Below are positions 12,897-25,893 of a DNA stretch of 64,000 nucleotides, piece by piece. This stretch comes from Octopus vulgaris. Taxonomy: Eukaryota. Below the pieces are notes generated by a model. The model was not told where the DNA came from and ran no database searches. It worked only from the letters and a program-made list of their open reading frames with translations. The DNA lies in the NCBI GenBank assembly GCA_951406725.2, contig OX597814.1:24986001-25050000 (forward strand), given 5' to 3'. Position 1 is the first letter of the stretch, and the number at the start of each line of letters is the position of its first letter. A program made the translations under genes and the position numbers.

Positions 12897-14153
12897 TTAA
12901 AATATACACTAACAACCTTAATAGTGTACACTAATTAATGATACATTCAAATGTTATACCAACAGTTTTTATATGCACATTAACTTAAATTTGAGTTGTT
13001 ATATCTTATGATTTCTTTAAGAAATTAGATAAATCTTCAAAGATGTTTCCACTAATAACATTTGAGTTTCACCTAGTACTAGCCACTTTATTAGCAATTC
13101 TTATTAAGTCTTTCCACACTTAAAACTGTTGAGAGAACCTTCACAAGTCTCATTTTGTTTAGCTCAGGTATATCTCAGGGTCCAACCTTTGCATAAGATA
13201 TACTTCACAAATGACTGTTTTGTAACAGAGTGGCAAAAATATGATGTAGGGTGTGGGAACAATATATGCTAGATATGTGTTTTCTCCTTCCATTAAAACA
13301 ATATCCCATAACTGATGGCAGATTTGAGGGATTGTCTGTTATAGTTTATTGTATTTTTTACATTCAAAGGAGCTCTTAAATGTGTACATATTACACTATA
13401 AGACATTCATCAATCGCACTAGGTCCCTATTTCTTAAAATGAGAAATTATATTTCTTTATGACAGCCATTCATAGGTCATGAGTGCTGGTATGGCCGAAT
13501 AGATGGTTAAAACTATACTTTGAAATCAGAAGGTCCTGGGTTCAATCCTTCTTTGTGGTATCTTGAGAAAGTGTCTTTACCATATTCTTGGGTTGGCTTG
13601 AACATTGAAAGCAAAATCAGGTTATATGAAGTGGGCAGAAACTTTTTGGGGAAATTCTCTCTGTAATTCAAATGTCCAGTTTTATGATACTGTGCAACAC
13701 TGATCCTGAAGATTACCTTAACAATACACTGGAATACTCACCCACTTCATGCACTAATTCAGTAAGTAGGTTGTCTAGTTGATCAAACAACTGTATACTC
13801 ATATGATGAAATAGGCAGGAGTGTTCATTTATTCATATTTCTTTAAGATTTGAGTAATTCTAAGGGAACAGAATAATTTCATTCAACTGAACGTTAAGTG
13901 TTCCACACTAAACTACATGAGCCTGTAAATAGATCCTAGCAACAATGTAAAAACTCATCCTAGAAACTAGAGAAATATTATTTGACAGAATTTGAGATTT
14001 GTATTCTTTGGTGACAAAGGAGTTAAAGCTTTCTAGCTTAAATAAGAACTCAGTTTTTGTAGATCTAGAAATAAATCAGAGTATCAGGAGAATTCTTATC
14101 TATAACAAAGAAATTGAATATTTTAATTGCAAATCTCAGCAGAGAGCTTAAGC

Positions 14154-14211
<58 letters not shown>

Positions 14212-14247
14212 CCCTGAACCTCTCTGTGCATATGCTTATATATATAA

Positions 14248-14278
<31 letters not shown>

Positions 14279-15851
14279 AAGAGGCACACACACACAAACA
14301 CCATTCATATATATATGTGTATGTGTGTTTGTCAGTGATTTTGCCTGTGTGTGTAGGTGGGTGGGGCATGGGTAGGGATGCGTGTGTGAATGTGTAAATA
14401 TAAATTTGTTTGAATATCCATTTCTGTTTCGGTATGCATACACACAGTATCAAGTATTCTCATTTAAATGTGGGAAATATCATTTGTCGACATGATTAAT
14501 ATGTTGATGAAATGGGATATTTCATTTGTGGGCAGTGAAAACATTATAAACATACCAACACATAAATACATGTATATTCTCATATACATATATATATATA
14601 TATATAAACATATGCATACATAGATATCAATCATATATGTACACACTCACACATATACACATATATACCCAATACTGATAGATTTGTATTCACTTGTTGC
14701 ATTTTCGACCATAAATATAATTTTATCTTAGTTTGATTTTAGACTTTCTTTCCCTTTACCTGTTTTGAAATTAAGCTTACAGTTTTATTTTCATGGCCCC
14801 TGAGTCCATAAACAATTATTGAGGTTATATTTTATCGATACCATTTCTTTTAACTTCATGAAATTTAATCTGTGTACTTTTGTAAATAAACAACAAACAT
14901 TTCCCAAAGGGACTTGGTGAACTAAAATTTCTTGCAATAGCAAGACTTCAGAGAAATTTGTGTAGCTATGTTTGTTTTCCTTTCTAATTGATTTTTCATT
15001 TGATTTTCCAGTGATAGCATGAATTAGATAGTTCTTAAATTTAAGGTATTGAAATAATGAATTTAATAATGATTATAGGGAGGGAGAGATTGGTAGAAGT
15101 AGTAGAGACACTGGTCATATTTATATTCTGTGTTCAAATAATTCTGAGTTCAGTTTTGCCTTTCATTCTTCTAGAGTAAATAGAAATGTACTGGTCAAGT
15201 ACTAGTGCTGGTTGACTATAACCTGTTACCAAAATGTGTGGCCTTGTGTGTCTATGTTAGAAATCAATATTGAATATCATGGTGAATATCGTTGAGCAGG
15301 CAATGCATTGTATTCTTGAGCAAAACACTTTATTTTACATTGCTCCAGACTCTGTGTGTGTGTGTGTGTGTGTGTATGTATGATGATGATGAAGAAGATG
15401 ATATATATAGTCACACACACATTATGGGTTGTTTTCAATTTCTACCTATGGAATCCACTAGCAAGGCATTGGTTGGCTAAGGACTACAGTAGAAGACACA
15501 TGCACAAGCTACCATCTAGTGGGACTGAATCCAGGACCATGTGACTGGGAAGCAAAATTCTTAGACACTCAGTCATGTCTATAGCCATAACATACATTAT
15601 GTATTAAGTAATAATTGTTTTTAATTTAAGGAGAGGTGGTTAGTAGATATCATTCACTCTAGTATTTGACTAGTACATTATTTTATTTTCTCCAGTGATG
15701 AAATGCAAAGTTTGGCTTGACAGTATTTAAACCCAGCACATGAAGAGCCAGACGAAATTCACAGAGGAATCTTAGATGATCAAGCACTAACCATGTTCAG
15801 TAACAATAATGAGGATATAATTTACATTATTTAAAATTGACGGATCTTGTT

Positions 15852-15897
15852 AACGCAACATTTCAGCTGATAAACCCTCCAGCCTTCATCAGGTGTC
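15852..15897 (-). ncRNA. Minimal type I hammerhead ribozyme motif (partly degenerate)
   Basis: GACAC-CUGAUGA-A-GGCUG(loop)CAGCU-GAAA-UGUU-GCGUU on the minus strand. Confidence 0.65.
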
Positions 15898-15971
15898 TTG
15901 GGGAAATTTCGAACCTGGGTTCTCATTCCTAAGGTATTCTTCGATGTTGTTGTTATTATTATTATTATTCA

Positions 15972-16043
15972 GGCCACTGCCTGGAATCGAACTTGGAATC
16001 TTGGAGTTAGTAGCACACACTCTTAACCACTATGTCATATGCC
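15972..16043 (-). promoter_or_regulatory. tRNA-like internal Pol III promoter (not a functional tRNA)
   Basis: A box TGACATAGTGG and B box GTTCGATTCC at tRNA-like spacing; stems poorly paired. Confidence 0.7.
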
Positions 16044-19000
16044 TGTGGGCAATTATGGAGTGAATTTTAGGGCTTATAAATCCAATATTCTTCTATGCTT
16101 TCTTAATACCAGTTCCCATATGCTATTCATATCTGCACTCAGTCTGCTTAGGAGGTTGTTGTCTCCTAGCATATGTGCTACTTTTAGTTTTTGTATTTTC
16201 CTGTGGTGTTCTCTGTGGGATGAAATTAAATTAATAGACAGAGAGCACCACTGGAAAATACGAAAACTAAAAGAAGCAGCACATATGCTATGACACAACA
16301 ACCTCCTAAGGACAAATACCCGCCAATTGTAAATAATATATATAATTCCTCATCTCTTAAATATAGAACTGCATAATGAGGATATTACAATTTTATCTTC
16401 TTTGAATTCAAATTTTTTAATAACAAGAATGGAAAATTATAATGTCTTGACAATTAGCTTCTTTATATCTGGACAATTTGTTTCCATAAGTAATAATATT
16501 ATCTCAGCTGTAGGTGATCAAAATGGTAATAGGCTGGACAATCAACCAAAGAGTTGATGTATCATATCCTGACACTAATGCTGCAATGTGCTTGTTAAAA
16601 GACACTGAACTATCAATTACCATTCCACTACCTTTCTATGTATATTTTGGCGGACACCTCACAGAGTTCATCTCAGTGTATTGCATATTAAAATGTGTCA
16701 GTAACAAAACTTTCATTAGAGTGAAGTACAAATCTGAATGTCACTTATGGGCTGAAGTAAGCAGTAGAATGTAATTTTACTACATCCTCTTTAAAATATT
16801 CTGAAATGATCAGGTTCAAGGAAAGTTCTTGCAGAATATTCAATGATAACAAACAGTTTGAAATGAAAGACTTCACACACAACAACAAAAACATCTACTC
16901 TATGCTTCGGGTATGAGGTTCCTTGTAGACAGGGTAGAGATTAATAAGTGGATAAACATGGACAGAATTAACAATAAGAATTTAATGCTTAGATCATTGA
17001 TTAATATCCATGTATTTAAGAAAGTGTGGATTAAATCACCAATGTCAATACATAATCTGCAATAATTAGTGATGGGGATATTTCCAAGATATTGTAGATA
17101 AATCAAGTATTAGGCTATTAATACATATATTACCTCATGCTCTTAATATGTGGAGATACAAATCTTAACAACTTATTGTATTATTTATTTTCAATTCTAG
17201 TAAAAACATGCAGTCTGTTTTTGTTGTCACTATAGATGAAAGTAAAGATATAGATGTTCATTATCCAACAATATCCATAAACTAATCCCCAGTATTTCAA
17301 ATGAGGTGGGAAATATAGAATTTTAAGGAATGCATTTACTGTTTGTGTGTTTCCATAAACTATTTTATATTTGTTTCCTTAATAAGAGTATTTATATATG
17401 GAGTTATGCCAGTTTGTATGTTATACATTTCTTCAAAAGTATTAATAAAAAAATGAATAATATGAATTAATAATTTATTTAGAAATACCATAAACAACAA
17501 ATAAACATAGGAAGGGAAAGCGTGCATTCAATAGATTGTAAGAAAAGTCTAATTGTTAACTTGGTACACAGCGTAAATTATGAAAATAGAAATCAACTCT
17601 TATCAGATGAAGTGAAGAAAAGAATTTCATGGATGATAATCTAATAACAGTTTTGTCAATTATAATCTTGGGAGGTAATATGTTCATAGTAAAAATTCGT
17701 TATAGCTAATTGTTCTTGCCTATGTTATTTTTTTTTTTTTTAGTTTTCAGGAAAAAATTAAATGTCCATAGTCTTTTTGGATATTCTTGAATAACTGGAT
17801 GAAAATAAATGAGATGAATGCAACTGAAATACATTTAAGATTACAGCTGTTTAATATTTGCTGGGATAATGGGTACGGAAGATTTAGAGGAATCTGCATC
17901 TTGAGAAGAATGGGGATGTATTATTTAATATGAAAGTGAAACATTGTTTAGGTTGTGCAGAATTAAAAATGTATTAAGTAAATTTAAATAGGCAGATTGA
18001 CAGGAAGTCATACATTCAAAAAATATTAAGGGGTATTCAGGATTGATCTACCAAAATATGTGGGGATTATGCAACAACATGAGTTAGATCAATTCCAGCA
18101 CAAGTTATACAGATATTTTATGATTTATACAGAAGGAAAGATTTGAAAGGATTCCTATTTGGTGTATGCAAAGTAATACACCAAACACAGCTTGGCTTAT
18201 GTTGTTTGCACAACAGAAAAAATTAAATAAAATATTTCGTTGGGAATAGGTATGATGTCAGGCAAAATATCAATAGCTTAACGAAACTTGCCAGACATTC
18301 TTGATTTACTCTGCACATCGAAAGTATTTGGCCCAGTATTGCAGTGTTGACAATGTCTTCTGCATTTAGTATTCCCCTTGGTAGGCAGAGTTGGTCAATA
18401 TTGCTTTTAGGGTAGAATGCATTGTGCTTTGTGAACAGCTTTCTAGTTCTTCTGAGTTCTGTAGTTCCACCTTAGTCCATTTCATAAAGGGAGCAAGATA
18501 TATCATCATCATCATCATCATTATCATCATCATCCACATCACCATCATTGTCATCGTCAACATCATCATTGTGTGGAAAGCAGAATCAATAGAATGCTAC
18601 ATGAAATACATAATGAAATTAGTTTATGTCCTCTCATGTTGGACTTCAAATCCTGCTGAAGCCAACTTTGAACATTCCATAGCCAATAAAATAAAGCATC
18701 TGGCAAGAACTGAAGTTGATATTGCTGGGTCTACTACTCCACCAATTTTAAAGCCTTGTGTGCGTGCTTGAAATTATGATTAATAGTATATCAATTTATT
18801 TTAGAAGTAGCCTGCTCTAGATTTTAAAAACAACATACTCTTATTAATATGTTAATTAAACACAGGAAGGCTAAAAAGATATGACAAAATACCACATGCG
18901 AATATAATTATGTTTATGTTAACAATTTATTAGGCTTCTTTTTTTACGCTCAAATTTACACATTGTTGTTTTGACTTTATATTCATCTGTTAGCTTTTAA

Positions 19001-20137
19001 TATGTATTTATCAATGGTTTTTAATGACAAATTCAAACAAATAGATGTCTGGTGACCATATTTTATAAAGTTATACAAATATGTTGATGCAAAATCATCA
19101 ACTACATCACGCTCTGGCATGAAGTAATATTGTAATTGATATATATATATAAAATATAACTTTTAAAAGACTTTTTTTCTTGTCTATGTTTAGATAACAT
19201 GTAAGATTGATGTAAATATTTACTTTGCCTCTGTCTATAATTTCAATCATATTTAATTTCTTAAAAACTGACACACTTTCTATAAAATAATGGCTAAAAA
19301 ATTCATATCAACATTTTAATGCATGAACCAGCATCCTATTCTAGTCCCCATTTTTATAACAGACAACAAATCAGCCCCAACCTACTTTGTCTTTAAATAT
19401 ATTAATTCAGAACATAATAATGGGAAGGCATTTCTAAAGAAAAATATTGGAAAATTTTGTTTTGCTTTGTTTTTTTAAACTTCAATATATTTGACTATGT
19501 TATAATTTTGTTTAATAAAAATGATTGATCTTTGCTGAAGTAAAAAAGTTACATTTTGAAGGTTTAATAAAAACAAAGTATGAAACTACTTCAGTTTAAT
19601 AAATATACATTTTTTTTTATATAGCTTCAGATGCAGTATGAATAGTACAAGGCAAACAATATACATACAGAAAAGAACATTTGAAGAAATATTGAATGTA
19701 AATAAAATATTTTATTTAAAGAAAAGATTTACATTTCCCAAAAAGACAAAAAATATTTTCTTTTTTTTCTTTTAATCATTTATTAAAAATCTCTGGGCCA
19801 AATTTGCTAAACACCACATTATTTCAGAATGAGTGACTAATGTAAGATAGAACTAGGAAACAAGAATTTTACTTCAATATCATTGTCAAGATTCTAGTCA
19901 TCACCCACTTTTTATCTTGATCAATAGCAGCACTATTGTCACCACAGATTTAAAGTCTGTTTCTTCATGTTCAAATACATTTGTTATGTCTACTGTATAG
20001 TGTATCACCTCTAATCCTATTTCTAAGTCTTTGTATCTATGAGTGATTAGATTTCACCTCATCATTTCTACTCTTATTTTCTCAGTCATCTGTTATGAGT
20101 ATCTTCTACACTCAGTTTACATATTTTTGGTCAACAC

Positions 20138-20385
20138 ATCATCATCATCATCGTTTAACGTCCGTTTTCCATGCTAGCATGGGTTGGACGGTTCGACCGG
20201 GGCCTGGGAAGCCAGGAGGCTGCACCAGGCTCCAGTCTAATCTGGCAGTGTTTCTACAACTGGATGCTCTTCCTAACGCCAACCACTCCATGAGTGTTGT
20301 GGGTGCTTTTTACGTGTCACTGGCACAGGTTCCAGGGGAGGCTGGCAGTGGCCACGATTTGTTGGCGCTTTTTATGTGCCACTGG
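20138..20385 (-). mobile_element. RTE 3' end fragment
   Basis: (CAT)n then CGTTTAACGTCCGTTTTCCATGCTAGCATGGGTTGG, the reverse complement of the family 3' end. Confidence 0.85.
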
Positions 20386-22953
20386 TACTTACAAAGAATA
20401 AGTCCTGTGGGCGATTTACTCCACTAAAGGTGGTGGTCCAGCATGACCATAGTCAAATGACTGAATGGTTTCATTGATTAGACAATGGTCATACTGGAGC
20501 ATTAAATGCAATACCAATGTCAGACTGTTATTTATGCTATCAGTCACTATTTATCAAACCATTAGGTTGTGACATAAAGAAAATACATCTTAACAAACCA
20601 GTTTACTTTGGTATACATACACACAGGCACACACAAATGCATATGCATGCATGCATGCACACACACACACACACAATATAAATGACATGCTTCTACATAT
20701 TTTCTGCTAACAAGGTATTGTTCAATCCAAAGCTACAGTAGAAGACACTAAAGAACTATGCAGTCAGATCAAACTCAGAAACGCTGCAAAGCAAATTTTT
20801 CAACAACAGCTGTATTTGCATTACGTTATATGTTTGCTTTTGAACCATATTAGACATGTGTATAAGCTGCATATGTCTAATAGGGGGAAAAAAAGGTGGG
20901 GGTAAAGTTCAGTGGTCTAATAGAGAAAAGTACTTAATGAATAAAGTATTAATTTACACGAAGCTAAGTTTTCTTGCAGGAAGGTGATAGTCATAAGAAA
21001 AACATCACCAAACTGATATCCTAGAGCAACAGGATTATTCACGTGTCTACAAAGAAATCAAACATCTAAGATACATAATTCTCTCTCATACACAGTTCTA
21101 TCTGCAGGTTCTACTAAGCAGAAAATATTCTCTTCTTGCAAATATCTTTAAGAGCAGGTATATACAAAAAGAAACAAAAAGAAAAACATTACTATCCCAG
21201 TACATCTGGGATTGTTTATTGTGTAGATTGTGTCTTTGAATAAATCTTTTCAGTCATTTATTCTCTAAAGAATGATAATTTTAATGTCTACTCATGTGCA
21301 ATATTGATAGGATTATGTGAGTTAAGTGATAATTGGGGTGAAATCAGTGTGAAAAAATATATGGAAAATACCCGCAATAGGAAGCAAATGAAGAAGCAAA
21401 ACAAGAAAAAAGCTGAAATTACAAAAGAACAGTTTATTGAAATTACTCAGACACCATCCTCACAAAGAAAAACAATAGCCAAGTTGTGTTGCCATGTCTC
21501 ATGCAATGATTTTTACAAAGCTAATTAGAAATGATTATGTGATGAGAGAAACAATATCAAACAATAAATGGTATTATTTCAATTACTCTGGCAAGTATGA
21601 AGACAGATCTAGACAGGTTTTAGTACTATTAAAACTCCTTAACCAAATATGGGTTTCACCACACTAACCAAAGTGGTTATGAGGTATGTTGTTGACATTG
21701 CTTCTCTTTGATTGCTAAAAAAGATGACTTTTATTCTTCATACTCTTTCTTGACACAGTATTTATTCACTTTGATTTTGGCAGGGTAGTTAAGAAGCTTG
21801 ATTCCAAACCATGAAGTTTTGGGTTAAGATCCACTGAATGGTATCTTGGGCAAATGTCTTCTACTATAGCTCTGGGTCAATAAAAAAAGATTATGTGTGT
21901 ATTTAGTGGATGTTAAATGAAAGAAGTCCATTGTATATAGGTACATATTTATATATGTGTATGGAGGTGATGGATATATCTGTATGCGCATGTGTATGTG
22001 TGCATGTGTTGCTTCTTCTGTATGTGTGTACATATTTGTGCTACCCCTTGTTTTGTCATTAAATGTAAGTATTATAAAAGAAACCTACTGTCATACAAGT
22101 GATGTCATTCATTTGCAATCTTCCATGAAAAGCATGTCTAACTAACCATTGCTATTTGCTTGGAAATAGGAGAGGGTCGATGACAGGAAGGGCATCTGGC
22201 TGTCAGAAAGTTACCTCAGTAAACTCTCTCTGACCAATGCAAGCATGGAAAAGTGGACAGACAAATGATGACGATGATGATGATAACGATGATGACAAAG
22301 ATAACAACGGTAATGGAAGCATCTCGAGCAACATTTCTGTGAATTATTATGAGGTTGAAATGCTGGAACTGGTAAAGTTTTTTTTTTTTTTAGCCTCAGC
22401 TGGCACTACAGTCAGACAAAACACCAAAGAAGTCAAGGTCTCTGAGTAGATTAGATGTATCATATTCTACAGAAGTAGACATACAATTCTATTATAATGT
22501 TAACTACTGTCTTAGTGGAGTCCTGAATAACTGACAGCCTAAATCAATGCTTTGCAGTAAGATACCCATGTCCATAAAATTAATCACCTAATTCTTCCTT
22601 TTACAACTGATTTTCCTTCTCATCTAAACCGGTTATTATCTAACTCTAAATGGATGTCATATTTAAAAACATCGTTAATTCCCATACCTGCCTTCACTGT
22701 TCTTTTAGGAACAACATCTCATTGATCATTAAACACTTCACACATTTATAAAGCTCCGCAACAAATTATTCTTTAGAGAAGCAACTACCAAAGCTTTGTT
22801 TACATTAGCAGCAAACTATTAAATCCTTTTATTGCAAATAGCCATCAAGCGGACAGAAATTTATACAGGATTTTAACTGAAATATATGTTACACTAATGC
22901 ATCAGCTATATTCTCCACCATTAAGTCACCTAATTAATATTTAAACCATTAAA

Positions 22954-23125
22954 GGTGGTGAGCTAGCAGAGTCGTTAGCATGCTGGGTAAAATGAGTTCA
23001 AATTCCATCAAGGTCAGCTTTGGCCTTTTGTACTTTTGGGGGGTCAATAAAATAAACTACCAGTTGAACAGTATAGTGAATGTAATCGACATACACCTTG
23101 TGCTGGCCTTGTACCGAAATTTGAA
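22954..23125 (+). mobile_element. SINE family B, degenerate and internally deleted
   Basis: GGTGGTGAGCTAGCAGAGTCGTTAGC head and GAGTTCAAATTCC. Confidence 0.7.
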
Positions 23126-23837
23126 AGCAATATTTGATTCATCTGTAGAAAGTAAATGTAGAATACAACTAGCCAACCAGCTTTCAAAATATGAACCAAT
23201 AAAGGTGACATCGAAGTTGTTAGTCAAACTTCAAGAAATAGCAGTCAAATATCTATGAATTTACACCCCTGTATTTGAAAAATGGACACATTTGATATTA
23301 TACCCCTATAAGCATTATATCTTTAAAAAAAATCCCAAAGCAAGATAGCCATGAGTGAAATACCTTTCATCAAATTTCTTTTAGACAGATGTTGTCTTGT
23401 GTCTAAACAGCAACAATCACACACACACACATGCATTTATTGCCACACAATGAGTTTGTTGATAAAGTTAAATGATAAAAATTTCAGTGGTATAAGTCTT
23501 TTCAAATAATATCCCACAAGAATCTCTTTTAGGCTGTTCCTTTAATGTTCACTTGACTCACTGCACCCACATAGAAAATTATACACAAAGCATCCTTTCT
23601 TATCTCTTTCTTCTACAGTCTGCCACATTTCATAGCATCCCAAATGCAAAATATATAAAAGAAAAGGAATTTACACCTTCAACGGAATACACAAAGAGGA
23701 ACAAAAAGTATTTCAGAAACCAAAAAAAGCAATGGAAACCAATTTAGGTGCTCTTTTTCTGTCATAGAGCAGAGATTGAATTTTGTTTGCCATATTTAAA
23801 AAGTATACTTACTGATATCTAGCTTATATATTTTATT

Positions 23838-24250
23838 TACTCTTTTACTTGTTTCAGTCATTTGACAGCAGCCATGCTGGACTACCACCTTTAGTCGAGC
23901 AAATCGACCCCAGGACTTATTCTTGGTAAGCCTAGTACTTATTCTATCAGTCACTTTTGCCGAACCGCTAAATTACGGGGATGTAAACACAGCAGCATCG
24001 GTTGTCAGTCGATGTTGGGGAGACAAAAACAGACACACAAACACACAAATACACACACACACATATATGTATATATATATACACATATATACGACGGGCT
24101 TCTTTCAGTTTCCGTCTCCCAAATCCACTCACAAGGCTTTGGTCAGCCCGAGGCTATAGTAGAAGACACTTGCCGAAGGTGCCACACAGTGGGACTGAAC
24201 TCGGAGCCATGTGGTTGGTAAGCAAGCTACATACCACACAGCCACTCCTA
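23838..24250 (-). mobile_element. tRNA-derived SINE, family A (CORE-like), with internal TA/TG microsatellite
   Basis: Head TAGGAGTGGCTGTGTGGTA...GTTCAGTCCCACTG; CCTT(G/C)GGCAAGTG core-like motif; 3' end CAAATGACTGAAACAAGTAAAAGAG. Confidence 0.9.
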
Positions 24251-25258
24251 TTCATTTAAATGATTTGAGCATCTGTGTAAAACTGGTAAGTCAAGGCTAA
24301 AGCAAAAACTCAAAAGCTAGAATGAAGTAGTGATAAAGAAACTTTAGATGTTTGTCATTAAATTGTTTGTAACCTCCTTAAAAATAAATTCCACCTCAAA
24401 ACTTAATAGCGTTTTGAGAACTATTTTTTAAATTTCACATCACTCAGGCTGGTACCTGTACATTCCAACAAATGTTACACGTTTTCTGTATAGTCATTAC
24501 AAGAGCACAAAGAGAATTCCATATGACATGTTCATAACAGAATGTAGTTCAAAGAAATATAGTCCCTTTGAAGCTAACAAATTCTTCAAAGAAATATAGT
24601 CCCCTTCAGTGTCTGGTACATTTTGTGTGCCAATGGATCTAGCTGAGATGCTGGAGGATTAACATTCATTAGTTAATCTTTTGAATTTTCCTCATATTTT
24701 TCAAGTATGCATCCTAATATACAAGCATACATTTGTATTCTTCCCAATATTCTCCGATATAGAATATGTTTGATATCAGAAATTCTCTCTAATGATATAA
24801 ATTGTAATTAGCAGAAAAAATGTGCAGCAGTTAACCATTTCACCATTTTTGCAGCAAAAAAGGTAAAAATAAATTTGTTACTCAACCAACTCAAATATTA
24901 ATGGTGTTAAAATGTCATTGTTGCATTGGAAATATTAAATCATATTAATATTTTTGAAATGCTATTGCCATTTTTTCACATTTACAAATGCATTGATGTC
25001 ATAGATTTATGCTATGGCCTAACACTCCTTGACTACCATGCAAGCTTAGAATTTATCATCATTAATTCACACTTTCATATGAAGCAAGTTGATCGATAAT
25101 AGTTTGATATCAGTTCTTCATTTAAGATGTTTCTAAACCCTGTAAAGTTGAAAATGATACAATATATAGCAAAATTATTGAAATATCTTATGGTAATAAG
25201 TAACTTAATCAGTAGACAGAAAACTTATTATTATAAGTTTTTATTATTATTATTATAA

Positions 25259-25893
25259 GATGGCGAGTTGGCAGAATCGTTAGCACCGCAGGCAAAATGC
25301 TTAGCAGTATTTCGTCTACCATTACATTCATGAGTTCAAATTCCGCCAAGGTCAACTTTGCCTTTCATCCTTTCAGGGTCGATAAATTAAGTACCAGTAA
25401 CGCACTGGGGACAATATAATCCTTGTTTGTCCCCTCTATGTTTAGCCCCTTGTGGGCAATAAAGAAATAAGAATCTAAGGCGGCGAGCTGGCAGAATCAC
25501 TAGCACGCCAGGCGAAATGCTTAGTGGTATTTTGTTTGCCGTTACATTGAGTTCAAATTCCGCCAAGGTCGACTTTGCCTTTCATCCTTTCTGGGTCGAT
25601 AAATTAAGTACCAATTACGCACTGGGGCCGATGTAATCGAGTTAATCCATTTGTCTCTCCTTGTTTGTCCCCTCTATGTTTAGCCCCTTGTGGGTAGTAA
25701 AGAAACAGGTTTTCATCTGCTGCTACATTGTGAGTTCAAATTCCACCGAGGTCGACTTTGCCTTTCATCCTTTCTGGATCGATAAATTAAGTACCAGTTA
25801 CGCACTGGGGTCGATGTAATCGACTTAATCCGTTTGTCTCTCCTTGTTTGTCCCCACTATGCTTAGCCCCTTGTGGGCAATAAAGAAATAAGA
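25259..25893 (+). mobile_element. Three head-to-tail copies of SINE family B
   Basis: Units at ~25259-25472, 25478-25708 and 25709-25893 (third is 5'-truncated). Confidence 0.9.

Larger units (their letters stand above)
15819..16372 (-). mobile_element. 5'-truncated Penelope-like element with inverted segment, internal tRNA-like sequence and hammerhead motif
   Basis: Minus-strand peptide REHHRKIQKLKVAHML...LSR...IW resembles the PLE GIY-YIG C-terminus; ~70-bp inverted arms 16148-16217 and 16238-16310; 13-bp flanking duplication ATAATGAGGATAT at 15806-15818 and 16373-16385. Confidence 0.75.

Noticed and set aside
13168-13272. TSP1-like peptide DCFVTEWQKYDVGCG
   Set aside because: Short, lacks the WxxW pattern and is followed by stops
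17751-17935. Cys-loop or chemotactile receptor-like fragment
   Set aside because: Resemblance is only impressionistic, spread across frames with several stops, and there is no Cys-loop motif
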